Shown piece by piece: positions 19,983 to 32,201 of a stretch of DNA of 64,000 bases. The notes under the pieces were generated by a model. The model did not search any database, was not told the DNA's origin, and saw only the letters and a program-made list of their open reading frames with translations. Origin of the DNA: Flavobacteriales bacterium (GTDB lineage Bacteria; Bacteroidota; Bacteroidia; Flavobacteriales; UBA7312); contig JADHMQ010000008.1 in NCBI GenBank assembly GCA_016779935.1, positions 2,672 through 66,671 of the forward strand, given 5' to 3'. The number at the start of each line of letters is the position of its first letter. Within the stretch, counting starts at the first letter, position 1. Both the position numbers and the translations under genes were made by a program.

Positions 19983-22178
19983 ATGAAAAGAATGCTGATT
20001 TTTTATTTGACTATTATTAGTCTTTCTTCCTTTTCTCAACAGCTTAAAAGAGCTGAATTGTCAATATTAGAAAATGGTGTAATTATCCAAAATCCTTTTA
20101 CGGGTGGTTTAAGTTCGTCTCAACTTTCTAATATTGATTTTAATAACGATGGCGTAAATGATGTTTTTGTTTTTGAACGAATTGGAGATAGAACTCTCGC
20201 TTTTATCAAAAATACCAGCGGATCAGATTTAAGTTATTCCTACTCCAAAGAATACAGTTATGATTTTCCTAAACTCGAAAAATGGGCATTACTGATTGAC
20301 TTTAATTGTGATGGTAAAGAAGACATATTTACTTATAACGATAGTTACGTTAGATTATACAAAAACACATCTGTAGGCACTTCATTAAGTTTTGAACTGG
20401 AAACGGATGCGCTAATAAGCGACTTAGGACCTATCCAAAGTGCAATTATTATATCTGAAGTTGATATTCCCTCATTTGTTGATGTAGACTTTGATGGAGA
20501 TATAGATGTGTTGACATTTAAGCAAAGCGGCGGTTATGTTGAGTACCACCAAAATCAAAGTCAAGAGCTTTACGGCAATTGTGATAGCTTAATTTTTGAA
20601 CTCAAAACCGACTGTTGGGGAAGGTTTTTTGAAGGCTTGAATGAGTATGACTTCAATAGCTGCGAAAGTCAAACTATAATAGATCAACCAATAGTTGAAA
20701 GTCGTTCTTCAGGAGGACACAGTGGCTCATCAACCCTTACTTTAGATATTGATGGTGATAATGACATGGACATCATTCTTGGTGACGTTTCTTTTAATAA
20801 CCTCAATTTATTGACTAATACTGGTGATTCTGAAGAGGCCTTAATGACTTCTGTAAATCAAGACTTCCCCATTGGAAACGGCAGTAATATAAGCGCTGAG
20901 ATTGAATCTTTCCCTGCAGCATTTCACTTAGATGTTAATAATGATGGGCTCAGAGATTTAGTCGTTAGTCCAAACACAAATAATAATGCCGAAGATTTTG
21001 AAAGCATTTACCTCTATCTAAATTCCGGCGCAGATAATGCTCCAGTTTTTGAATTTGAAAAAACCGATTTCTTGCAAGAGCTTACACTGGATTTTGGTAC
21101 AGCTGCTTATCCAGCAATGATTGACTATAACAATGACGGATTAAAGGATTTAATTATTGGAAATTACGGTTATCACGCTGGAAATAATCCATCTTCTCAA
21201 CTGGCATTACTAAGAAATATTGGAAGTGAGACAGAGCCTAATTTCGAATTAATTGATAGAAACTTCGGCAATTTATCCTCAATAAATTTAGATACTGGAT
21301 TAGTAGCTTCTGTTGCTGGCCTCACTCCTACATTTGGAGACTTGGATAATGATGGCGACATTGATTTAATTGTTGGTGATGGAAATGGAAAAATTCATTA
21401 TTTCAAAAACACCTCAGCAATTGGTAATGACGCTCAGTTCGAACTTGAAAATGTTAATTTAAATACTATTGATATTGGTCAACATTCAGCACCTTTTTTA
21501 TTTGATATGAATGAAGATGGTTTATTGGACTTAGTCATTGGCAAAGTCGACGGAAGTATTACTTATGCTCAAAATAATGGCTCTGAAACCAACCCTGTTT
21601 TTGATAATCTCGTTGAAGATTTTGGTGCTATTTCCGTAACTAACGACGAAAGTTTATACGGCTTTAGCATTCCCTTTGTTTTTTCTGAAAATGGAGAGAT
21701 AGAAATGTTGATTGGTAGCGAAATTGGACGGATTTATCATTACAATAACATTTCTGGAAATCTTTCAGGCTCTTTCAATTTGGTGAGTGATAATTTCGAA
21801 AATATTCAAGAAGGTAAAAATGTTGCTTGCTTGTACGAAGACTTCAATGGTGATGGTAAAAGAGATATGTTTTATGGCATGCAATCAGGAGGATTGTTCT
21901 ATTATATTAGCGACAGTACTTTAAGCTCTAATTCAACTTATGACGTTTCGACTTTAATTGATATATATCCTAACCCTACTGACAAATTTATAAATGTTAA
22001 GTCAGAAGTAGATGCTATCGCAAAAATCTACTCCATACATGGGAAGCTACTTATCAATAAACAAATAAGCGAACAGTCAAATATTGATGTTAGTCAACTT
22101 CAGCCAGCCTATTATTTTATATCCTTTGAAACACTAGATAGCTCTAAAATCATTTGGAAAAAAATAATAGTCCAATAA
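19983..22178 (+). CDS. FG-GAP/VCBS-repeat protein with T9SS type A sorting domain
   Basis: Signal peptide; repeated DxD/NxDGxxD loops (DFNNDGVND, DVDFDGDID, DIDGDNDMD, DVNNDGLRD, DYNNDGLKD, DLDNDGDID, DMNEDGLLD, DFNGDGKRD); CTD IYPNP..IYSIHGK..IDVSQL...YYF...KKIIVQ. Confidence 0.88.
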   Translation: MKRMLIFYLTIISLSSFSQQLKRAELSILENGVIIQNPFTGGLSSSQLSNIDFNNDGVNDVFVFERIGDRTLAFIKNTSGSDLSYSYSKEYSYDFPKLEKWALLIDFNCDGKEDIFTYNDSYVRLYKNTSVGTSLSFELETDALISDLGPIQSAIIISEVDIPSFVDVDFDGDIDVLTFKQSGGYVEYHQNQSQELYGNCDSLIFELKTDCWGRFFEGLNEYDFNSCESQTIIDQPIVESRSSGGHSGSSTLTLDIDGDNDMDIILGDVSFNNLNLLTNTGDSEEALMTSVNQDFPIGNGSNISAEIESFPAAFHLDVNNDGLRDLVVSPNTNNNAEDFESIYLYLNSGADNAPVFEFEKTDFLQELTLDFGTAAYPAMIDYNNDGLKDLIIGNYGYHAGNNPSSQLALLRNIGSETEPNFELIDRNFGNLSSINLDTGLVASVAGLTPTFGDLDNDGDIDLIVGDGNGKIHYFKNTSAIGNDAQFELENVNLNTIDIGQHSAPFLFDMNEDGLLDLVIGKVDGSITYAQNNGSETNPVFDNLVEDFGAISVTNDESLYGFSIPFVFSENGEIEMLIGSEIGRIYHYNNISGNLSGSFNLVSDNFENIQEGKNVACLYEDFNGDGKRDMFYGMQSGGLFYYISDSTLSSNSTYDVSTLIDIYPNPTDKFINVKSEVDAIAKIYSIHGKLLINKQISEQSNIDVSQLQPAYYFISFETLDSSKIIWKKIIVQ

Positions 22179-22202
22179 AAAATGGAGAGCGAACTCTCCA
22201 TT
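22177..22202 (-). terminator. Intrinsic terminator after mdh (likely bidirectional)
   Basis: Minus strand AATGGAGAG-TTCG-CTCTCCATT followed by Ts; UUCG loop. Confidence 0.8.
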
Positions 22203-22229
22203 ATTAAAAACAATAACTCTTAATTATTT

Positions 22230-23153
22230 TTAGTCAATTAAAGCATTTGTAGCTCTAACTCCATCTGCAGAATCGTTTAACTTTTCTTTTTCAGCATCGT
22301 TAAGCTCAATTTCTACAATTCTTTCAATTCCGTTCTTTCCTAATATTACAGGAACACCTATACATAAATCGTTTAAGCCATACTCTCCGTCTAACATTAC
22401 TGAACATGGGAACATCTTGTGTTGGTCACAAGCAATTGAGTGTACAAGTGAAGAAACAGCAGCACCAGGAGCATACCACGCTGAAGTTCCTAACATTGAT
22501 GTTAATGTTGCACCACCAACCTTAGTATCTTCCAATACTTTTTGCAATCTATCTTCAGAAATGAATTCAGAAACTCTGACACTATTTCTTGTAGCTAATC
22601 TCGTTAATGGAAGCATTCCTTTGTCGCTATGCCCTCCGATAACCATGCCGTCTATATCTGACGCAGGACATTCTAAAGCTTCGCTAAGTCTATATTTGAA
22701 TCTAGCACTATCCAATGCCCCACCCATGCCGATGATTCTATTCTTTGGAAGACCAGTTACTTTGTGTGCTAAGTAAGTCATAGTATCCATAGGATTACTG
22801 ACTATAATTAAAATTACATTAGGCGAATGTTTAATTAAATTCTCTGAAACTGTTTTTACAATACCAGCGTTAATACCGATTAACTCTTCTCGAGTCATAC
22901 CAGGTTTTCTAGGGATTCCACTCGTAATTACTGCAACATCACTATTCGCCGTTTTTGAATAATCATTAGTGCTTCCAGTGATTTTAGTGTCAAAGCCATT
23001 TAAAGTAGCTGTTTGCATTAAATCCATGGCTTTACCTTCTGCAAAGTTTTCTTTAATATCAATTAAAACTACTTCTGAAGCGAAGTTTTTGATAGCAATA
23101 TATTCTGCACAACTTGCGCCTACTGCCCCAGCGCCTACAACTGTAATTTTCAT
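22230..23153 (-). CDS. mdh: Malate dehydrogenase (LDH-like type)
   Basis: VVGAGAVG, PRKPGMTREEL (Arg specificity), VSNPMD, LDSARF, IGGH. Confidence 0.95.
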   Translation of the reverse strand: MKITVVGAGAVGASCAEYIAIKNFASEVVLIDIKENFAEGKAMDLMQTATLNGFDTKITGSTNDYSKTANSDVAVITSGIPRKPGMTREELIGINAGIVKTVSENLIKHSPNVILIIVSNPMDTMTYLAHKVTGLPKNRIIGMGGALDSARFKYRLSEALECPASDIDGMVIGGHSDKGMLPLTRLATRNSVRVSEFISEDRLQKVLEDTKVGGATLTSMLGTSAWYAPGAAVSSLVHSIACDQHKMFPCSVMLDGEYGLNDLCIGVPVILGKNGIERIVEIELNDAEKEKLNDSADGVRATNALID

Positions 23154-23171
23154 ATGTTATAAATTTTTGTG

Positions 23172-23179
23172 CAAAATTA
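23172..23179 (-). promoter_or_regulatory. -7 promoter element for mdh
   Basis: TAATTTTG on minus strand, 18 nt upstream of ATG. Confidence 0.6.
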
Positions 23180-23320
23180 ACATTCTGAATCAACAATTCT
23201 AATTTTTAAAACACTAAAAATGAATTTAATCTAAGGTTACGTTCAAATCTAATTGAAAATCTAAAAATATATTTGTAACTTTATGAGCTGTTTATACTTA
23301 ACCGACTTAACAATTTCTCT

Positions 23321-25801
23321 ATGAGAATTCTATTTTTTCTGCTTGCAATCATTTTAGTAAATATTGAATCTGCATACTCTCAAATTGATGCAGGAGATGA
23401 CATCACTATCTGTGAAATTCAAAGTGTCAACTTGTCTGCTGACTACACACCCAATTCTGTGGGTACAAATGATTATGTTTTAGAAAATGTACCATATACT
23501 TCAGAAGCCTATACTGGCACTATTGTAAATATGTTTGATGATTCAGAGATGGGTCCTTTTGATATAGGCTTTGACTTCTGTTTCTTCGGTAATGTTTATA
23601 ATCAATTCTGTATAGGCTCTAATGGCTGGATCACTTTCGAATGCGGTCAACCTACAACATACGTTTCTGGACCTATTCCAAATGCAGCGGCTCCAGTGAA
23701 CTCAATTATGGCACCATGGTCTGACTGGAACCCAGGTGTTGGCGGCGAAGTAAGATATGAAACTATCGGTGTAGCTCCTAACAGAGCTCTAGTAGTTAAT
23801 TGGGTTGATGTACCTCTATATGGCGGGGCTTGCACTAATTTTCAAGGTAAGTTTCAAATCGTTCTTAGAGAGTCGACTAACATAATAGAAAATAACATTG
23901 AATATAAAATGAACTGCCCAGACGATGGTGCTGGTGGTTCAGATATAGCTGTACAGGGTATTCAAAATTTTGATGGCTCTATTGCCATCGTTGTTCCAGG
24001 TCGAAATGCTACTGCATGGGAAGCCGAAAATGAATCTCATCACTATACTCCTACTGGTTTAGCAGTTTCTAATGTGCAGTGGTTTGATGAAAACAATAAC
24101 CTTGTAGGTGATGGAACTGATATTTCAGTAAACCCATTAGCTACAACTACTTATACTGTAATAGCCTCAGAATGCCCAACTGATTATACAGATGAAGTTA
24201 CTGTATTTGTTTCAACGGAAATAACAGTAAGTGAAACCATCGACGATAACATTTGTCCTGGTGAAATTTTCGGTGCTATAGATATTGATGTTAATGGCGG
24301 ATTAGCCCCATATATTTTTTCATGGAGTTCAGCATCAAATACATTTTCTTCATCTAATGAAGATATTAATAACTTAAATGCAGACTCTTACAACCTAACA
24401 ATAACTGATGACTTAAATTGCGAAAGTGATTTTGGACCATATATAATTTCACCTCCACCACTAGCTATTCAAATTTTTGAGTCTATAGATCCAGTAAGTT
24501 GTTTTGGGTTTAGTGATGGTGTTATTTCTACCTCAGTTAGTGGAGGAACACCAAACTATACTTATGATTGGACAGGAGATAATCCAATCACTGGAAATGG
24601 CACTAATACTATTAGCAATTTAGCTTCAGGCAATTACCAAATTACAGTTACAGATAACAATAATTGCCAAGAGACTGCTAACTTTTTCATGGACGAAAAC
24701 TCATCTATATCAATTTTAAGTAATGTTTCTGACTATAATGGTTTTAACGTAAAATGCTACGGAGGAAATGATGCTTGGGTGTCGTGTATTTCTAGTGGAG
24801 GTCTTCTTCCTTATGACTTCTTATGGGTAGACGAGCAAAGTCTCGATACTATTTCTAGACAAGCTGATATTTATGAGCTTGAAGCAGGGAGCTATACATT
24901 TACAGTAACGGATGCAGAGGGATGTCCAAACTCAATTACATTTGATTTGATTGAACCAGATTCAATCTCAATAGACGTCTCTAACTACAGCCACAAAAGC
25001 TGCACATACAATAACGATGGGTTTATCGAAGTAGCTACTTGGGGCGGACCTGACCTACCAATCTATTCTGAAGAATATTTACCTCTAAAGTACACTTGGG
25101 ATGGACCTAATTCTTTCTACTCAAATCAAGAAGACATTTACAATTTAATAGAAGGATTATATACTATAAAAGTTGAAGATGCTAATGGTTGTAAAAACGA
25201 TTTAAGTTTTGAAATTAATCAACCTCCATTTATTGTTGCAAACTATAGGGTACTCAATGATACTGTAACACTTAATTATCCTTACGTTAATTTATTTGAT
25301 GCTTCTGAAGGAAACGCCACTGCATGGGAATGGGAGTTGAGTAATGGGTTTATTTCAAATTCTCAAAATGTTTATGGTCTTGATTTGTCTACTGATTTAG
25401 ATAGTGTAGGTATTAAGTATTACGATTTAAAATTAGTAGTTACTGATGAATTCATGTGTAAGGACAGCACCTATGGAAGGCTTGCTATCAAAAACGAACA
25501 TACCCTTTTCATACCTAATGGATTTACTCCTGACAGGGATGGAAATAATGACACCTTTAAGATTTTTCATCATGCCATGCGAACTGAAACATTTTCGATA
25601 AGTATCTTTGATAGGTATGGCTCCGTAATTTTCCAAACTAATAATCCAACTGTAGATTGGGACGGAACAAATATGTTTACAGGCAATGACCTCAAGTCTG
25701 GCTCATATTCTTATGTCTTGAGTTATCAAGATTTTGAATACAGAATATATGACCATACTAATTGTGAGAATTGTTCTGGTACAATTACACTTGTAAGGTA
25801 A
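23321..25801 (+). CDS. Secreted adhesin-like protein: NIDO-like domain, SprB repeats, PKD-like domain, T9SS type B sorting domain (paralog 1)
   Basis: DIGFDFCFFG..IGSNGWITF..APWSDWNP; repeats C.G..DG.I.....GGT..Y.Y.W...NL..G.Y..TVTD.N.C; CTD FIPNGFTPDRDGNNDTF..IFDRYG..WDG..GTITLVR. Confidence 0.85.
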   Translation: MRILFFLLAIILVNIESAYSQIDAGDDITICEIQSVNLSADYTPNSVGTNDYVLENVPYTSEAYTGTIVNMFDDSEMGPFDIGFDFCFFGNVYNQFCIGSNGWITFECGQPTTYVSGPIPNAAAPVNSIMAPWSDWNPGVGGEVRYETIGVAPNRALVVNWVDVPLYGGACTNFQGKFQIVLRESTNIIENNIEYKMNCPDDGAGGSDIAVQGIQNFDGSIAIVVPGRNATAWEAENESHHYTPTGLAVSNVQWFDENNNLVGDGTDISVNPLATTTYTVIASECPTDYTDEVTVFVSTEITVSETIDDNICPGEIFGAIDIDVNGGLAPYIFSWSSASNTFSSSNEDINNLNADSYNLTITDDLNCESDFGPYIISPPPLAIQIFESIDPVSCFGFSDGVISTSVSGGTPNYTYDWTGDNPITGNGTNTISNLASGNYQITVTDNNNCQETANFFMDENSSISILSNVSDYNGFNVKCYGGNDAWVSCISSGGLLPYDFLWVDEQSLDTISRQADIYELEAGSYTFTVTDAEGCPNSITFDLIEPDSISIDVSNYSHKSCTYNNDGFIEVATWGGPDLPIYSEEYLPLKYTWDGPNSFYSNQEDIYNLIEGLYTIKVEDANGCKNDLSFEINQPPFIVANYRVLNDTVTLNYPYVNLFDASEGNATAWEWELSNGFISNSQNVYGLDLSTDLDSVGIKYYDLKLVVTDEFMCKDSTYGRLAIKNEHTLFIPNGFTPDRDGNNDTFKIFHHAMRTETFSISIFDRYGSVIFQTNNPTVDWDGTNMFTGNDLKSGSYSYVLSYQDFEYRIYDHTNCENCSGTITLVR

Positions 25802-25862
25802 TGATTGCTTTTCAAAGAATTCAGCACAAATTCTTTCTTTTTTTTACTTGAAAAATATTCAC

Positions 25863-25870
25863 TAACTTTG
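25863..25870 (+). promoter_or_regulatory. -7 promoter element for paralog 2
   Basis: TAACTTTG in the 106-nt gap between the paralogs. Confidence 0.55.
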
Positions 25871-25907
25871 TTAGAGTAATTATACTTAAAGTATTCCTTA
25901 TTTAGTC

Positions 25908-28385
25908 GTGAAATATTTTTCAGCTATTTTTTTTATATTATTTTTTCATTCGGCAATTTCTCAGGTAAGTGTTGGCGATGATATCATACTTTGCGACACA
26001 TTAGGCGCTACGCTTGTAGTAGAATACCCTTCCAACTTAGTTGTTGACGGTAGTTATACCATTGAAAGTATTCCTATTCAGTTAGACGATGTTAATTCTG
26101 GAACGACTTTGTCATCTCTAAGTGACGACTCATACTCTGGCATAGTAAACATTGGCTTTGATTTCAAATTTTTCTGTAACGTCTTCAATCAGCTTATAAT
26201 TTCTACAAATAATTACTTATGTTTCAACACAGAAAACGCCAATTCATATTCCCCTTGGAGTACCTATGAAGTCCCTAATACAGATGCATTTACAATAATC
26301 ACTAATTCCATTCTAGGGCCTTGGTTAGATCTTGACCCTAATAATGGAGGGGAAATTAAATTTAATACACTTGGCACCGCTCCATTTAGACGTTTTGTCG
26401 TTTCTTTTGAAGATTTCGGTTACTTTTCATGTGCTGACTTAAAATTTAATGGACAAATAAAGATATTTGAAACTACAAATACTATTGAAATACACATTGA
26501 AGATCAACCCCTTTGTGAGACATGGAATGGTGGACAGTCTGTTTTAGGCTTGATTAGTGAAAATCAAAACCAAAATGTAATTCAAACAGGATGGAATAAT
26601 ACACAAATGACAGCTAATAATGAAGCTTTCCGTTTTAGTCCAAGCCAAAGTATTAATGCCACTTGGACATCAGAAACAGGTGCCATCATTGGAACAGGTG
26701 ATTCAATAGATGTGAATCCAATTGTTACCACAAAATATAAGGTAGATATTTCTGGTTGCGACAATAGTTATTCAGATTCTTTAATCGTATTTGTATCAAA
26801 ACCAGTAACAGTTAACCCAACTATAGATGACAATCTTTGTCCGGATGAAATATATGGTAATATAGAAATTTCTACTGTTGGAGGGATTGAACCACTTAAT
26901 TATTCTTGGAATTGTACTTCAAGCAGCTTCACTTCAAGTCAAAAAAATATTACTAATGTCCCTGAAGGAACATATCAATTTGTAATAACAGATAGTATAG
27001 GATGTGAAGCCTATACCAATAATTTCACAATATCACCAACACCAGAACCTTATGTAATTAGTGAGACAATTGAAGGCGTCAAATGTTACGGATTTTCTGA
27101 TGGCAGTATTAATATTTCTGTTTCAGGAGGTACGCCAACCTATAACTATAGCTGGACTGGTAACAATTCCTTCTCTGCTAACGGAAATAATGTGATTAAT
27201 AACCTAAAAACAGGAGTCTATAAGTTAGTAATAACAGACATTAATGGATGTCAAGACTCTGCTGAATATTTTGTTCCAGAAAACTCTTTAATTAGTATAG
27301 AAAGTACGTCTTCAAATTACAATGGATACAACATTAGTTGTAATGAAGGAAGTAATGGTTGGATAAATTTTATTGCGAGTGGTGGGAAAGCACCATATGA
27401 GTATTCACTAAAAAAACTTGAAACAGGCGAAATCATTTCAAATGAGTCTAACATTCAAAACTTAGGGTCGGGGCAATATGAATTTATGGTAAATGACGCT
27501 GAGGATTGTCCTGCAGCACATAATTTTGAATTCATAGCTCCTGAAAAATTAATAATAAATCTTTTAGATTATGGTAATGAATCTTGCACCTACAATAACG
27601 ATGGTTTTATTGAACTATCAATAGTTGGTGGACCTTCTTTACCTGTAAATTCACAAAATTATATGCCTTACAAACATTTGTGGAATAGGAATGGTATAGT
27701 TTATAGCTATCAGCAAAATATTTATGGACTTGAACAAGGACTTTATACCGTTAATGTTACTGATGTAAATAATTGTTCTGCTGAATTTAACAAACAAATT
27801 ACTGAACCGCCATCTGTTATTGCAAAATATAGAGTATTGAATGATACTGTTACGGTAAACTACCCAATCATTAATTTATACGATGACTCTGATGGAAATA
27901 TTATTGAATGGTATTGGGAACTAAGTAACGGCATTACCTCAAATGAAGAAAGCATCTTCAATATAGATCTGTCTGCTGAATTAGATAGTAATGGCGTAAA
28001 ATATTACGATTTGAAATTAGTAGTTGTTGACGATAACTTTTGCACAGATAGCGTTTATGGAACTTTAGCAATAAAAGATGTGCATACACTTTATGTTCCT
28101 ACTGGCTTCACGCCTGACGGTGATGGCGTAAATGATGTATTTAAAGTGTTTCATCACGGATTAAAAAACGGCACGTTCAACATTAGAATCTACGATAGGC
28201 TTGGCTCAAATATATTCCAGTCTAATGACCCTAATTTTGAATGGAATGGCACAAACATGTATACTAATAACGAACTAATTACTGGGTCTTATACCTATGT
28301 AATTAGTTATCAAGATTTTGAATATAAAATCTACGACCGTGTGAATTGTCAGAATTGTTCTGGTACAATTACACTTGTACGATAA
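25908..28385 (+). CDS. Secreted adhesin-like protein with SprB repeats and T9SS type B sorting domain (paralog 2)
   Basis: Colinear with paralog 1 (825 vs 826 aa); YVPTGFTPDGDGVNDVF..IYDRLG..WNG..NCQNCSGTITLVR; GTG start. Confidence 0.85.
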   Translation: MKYFSAIFFILFFHSAISQVSVGDDIILCDTLGATLVVEYPSNLVVDGSYTIESIPIQLDDVNSGTTLSSLSDDSYSGIVNIGFDFKFFCNVFNQLIISTNNYLCFNTENANSYSPWSTYEVPNTDAFTIITNSILGPWLDLDPNNGGEIKFNTLGTAPFRRFVVSFEDFGYFSCADLKFNGQIKIFETTNTIEIHIEDQPLCETWNGGQSVLGLISENQNQNVIQTGWNNTQMTANNEAFRFSPSQSINATWTSETGAIIGTGDSIDVNPIVTTKYKVDISGCDNSYSDSLIVFVSKPVTVNPTIDDNLCPDEIYGNIEISTVGGIEPLNYSWNCTSSSFTSSQKNITNVPEGTYQFVITDSIGCEAYTNNFTISPTPEPYVISETIEGVKCYGFSDGSINISVSGGTPTYNYSWTGNNSFSANGNNVINNLKTGVYKLVITDINGCQDSAEYFVPENSLISIESTSSNYNGYNISCNEGSNGWINFIASGGKAPYEYSLKKLETGEIISNESNIQNLGSGQYEFMVNDAEDCPAAHNFEFIAPEKLIINLLDYGNESCTYNNDGFIELSIVGGPSLPVNSQNYMPYKHLWNRNGIVYSYQQNIYGLEQGLYTVNVTDVNNCSAEFNKQITEPPSVIAKYRVLNDTVTVNYPIINLYDDSDGNIIEWYWELSNGITSNEESIFNIDLSAELDSNGVKYYDLKLVVVDDNFCTDSVYGTLAIKDVHTLYVPTGFTPDGDGVNDVFKVFHHGLKNGTFNIRIYDRLGSNIFQSNDPNFEWNGTNMYTNNELITGSYTYVISYQDFEYKIYDRVNCQNCSGTITLVR

Positions 28386-28414
28386 AAAAATAGCCTCCAA
28401 ATGAAGGCTATTTT
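28384..28414. terminator. Bidirectional terminator between paralog 2 and gyrB
   Basis: AAAATAGCCT-loop-AGGCTATTTT between convergent genes. Confidence 0.78.
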
Positions 28415-28438
28415 CTTACCAATGATTACTATTATTTA

Positions 28439-30379
<1,941 letters not shown>

Positions 30380-30418
30380 TTATATATGTTAATTAACTAG
30401 GGTATATACTAGTGATGA

Positions 30419-30426
30419 CAAAGGTA
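30419..30426 (-). promoter_or_regulatory. -7 promoter element for gyrB
   Basis: TACCTTTG on minus strand, 42 nt upstream of ATG. Confidence 0.55.
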
Positions 30427-30497
30427 AAAAAAGCAAGATATGTCGCTATAAAAAAAGCGACGTATTGACGGCTACTTATTAACAAAAAGTGAATAAG

Positions 30498-32201
30498 TTA
30501 TAGCTTGAAAGAAAGCCCAAAAAACACTTGTGGACCTAAGACAGGATAATTTTGCCAAATGTGGTAGCCCCCCACAAGGTTTTGACCTTTAAAGTAGGCC
30601 GAAAAAATAGAGTTGTACCTATACTCCAAGGACAGATTGAAGTCAATAATATCGTCTAACTCTGGAGTATTTGAAGATTCAACAGTATTAGATCGATCAA
30701 AGGCTGTAAAGACTTCTATTGAAGGGATAATTTTATCTCCAATATTATAGTCTACTTTTAGTTTGCTCAAGAAGGAAGGCTTATAAGCAAATGATTGCAT
30801 TGAATCGAGCTCGTATTTATTATACTCTAAATCTAAATCTGCATTGGCTTTTTTTGAAATCTTCCAATTTAAATTACCTTTCCATTTTAGTTGGTTAACA
30901 TCGTCATACACAACCTTAAACTTATTTTGATAAATAGAATTCATATAGAGCTCAAAGAATGGCATATCTTGAACTCGTGAATAGGATACTTCAGACGACC
31001 ACATAATGTCCTTAGACAAGACCGATTCCATTCCTAAGAAAACATCATATATAGCTTGTGAGTTTATTAACTCCAAAGAACCTCCGTCGTAAGTCAATGC
31101 ATTAAGTATGTATGGGTTTTTCTTACTCAGCGCCCAGTATGAATTCTCCTGAAGACCTCCTCTTACTCCTACATATGCTTTTTGATAGTTTTCGGAAAAA
31201 TGGTAATCATACCTTACTAATGGATAAAATGCAACGGTTACATCTGAACTGTCTCTGCTATCATATGACTGTAGTTCAAATCCAGCGTTAAGTTGGCCCC
31301 CGTAAAATTCTTTTGAAACAGATGGCCTAAACGTTAATATTAACTCCTTTGCAAGACTGTCATTAAAGGAGTATTTTTCAGAGAAATTATTTAAATCGTA
31401 GTCCACTCCTAAACTAAGTGAATAGTCATTTACTCCTATTGACTGGTCGATATCTAATAACCATGAAAATGTGTTTTCTGTTTTTTCGTTTAAATCGTAA
31501 GCGTATAATTTAGTGTAATACGATGGCTTACCATTTTCTGATGGTTTACTTTTAAGAGATACACTAATACTTGAATACCCCCAATACTGCTGGTTAGTCA
31601 ATAGGTTTTCTTCTAAATTAAAAATAGTAGGGTCATATCCATAAAGCTGATGAATCCTTCCTTCTCGGCTAAAATAGGCATTAAGAATTCCAATATCTAA
31701 ATCTGTTTTGGCATACAATGAAAAATCTGTTTCTCTAAAGGCAGCAGACACCTTTTGATTCTCATCGAATGGACTTTTGATATCGGCATATGACTCAACA
31801 TATCCTAAAGCAAGGGCATAAGTTGTTTTTTTATCCCTATCAGAACTGTAGTAAATCCTAGAGGTTGGCATACTCATGTTCCCTACACCTCCATAAATAT
31901 ATGTGCTATATAACTTGGAAATGGGTTCACCTTTTATTTTAGCTACTTTGATGGGGTCTAGCTGCAAATTCGTTTCAAAGCGTTTATCAATTGGAAAATA
32001 GCTAACTCTTTTGCTTGTTTTTATAGTGTCCGAAAGTGTAGGACTAAGATTTATTTTACTTGCCGATGGAATTTTAGGAATGAAGCTCTTAGTTATTTGA
32101 ACTTCTTGGATACCCAAATCTTCATTATCATTTGTTTGAGAATATACCGATATACTACAAAGGATAATCAGAACACTTAATAAAGTAATTTTATTCTTCA
32201 T
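30498..32201 (-). CDS. Outer-membrane beta-barrel protein (TonB-receptor-like C-terminus, no recognisable plug)
   Basis: Signal peptide from ATG 32201 (MKNKITLL..VYSQ); amphipathic beta pattern; C-terminus DFNLSLEYRY..SAYFKGQNL..Y.IWQNYP..GPQVFFGLSFKL. Confidence 0.7.
   Translation of the reverse strand: MKNKITLLSVLIILCSISVYSQTNDNEDLGIQEVQITKSFIPKIPSASKINLSPTLSDTIKTSKRVSYFPIDKRFETNLQLDPIKVAKIKGEPISKLYSTYIYGGVGNMSMPTSRIYYSSDRDKKTTYALALGYVESYADIKSPFDENQKVSAAFRETDFSLYAKTDLDIGILNAYFSREGRIHQLYGYDPTIFNLEENLLTNQQYWGYSSISVSLKSKPSENGKPSYYTKLYAYDLNEKTENTFSWLLDIDQSIGVNDYSLSLGVDYDLNNFSEKYSFNDSLAKELILTFRPSVSKEFYGGQLNAGFELQSYDSRDSSDVTVAFYPLVRYDYHFSENYQKAYVGVRGGLQENSYWALSKKNPYILNALTYDGGSLELINSQAIYDVFLGMESVLSKDIMWSSEVSYSRVQDMPFFELYMNSIYQNKFKVVYDDVNQLKWKGNLNWKISKKANADLDLEYNKYELDSMQSFAYKPSFLSKLKVDYNIGDKIIPSIEVFTAFDRSNTVESSNTPELDDIIDFNLSLEYRYNSIFSAYFKGQNLVGGYHIWQNYPVLGPQVFFGLSFKL

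Noticed and set aside
22417-22776. 119-aa ORF antisense to mdh, and the other short overlapping ORFs in the track
   Set aside because: Lie opposite or within well-supported genes and show no recognisable motifs
30438-30465. Inverted repeat GTCGCT..AGCGAC between the barrel gene and gyrB
   Set aside because: Only a 6-bp perfect core and no adjacent U tract; too weak to call as terminator
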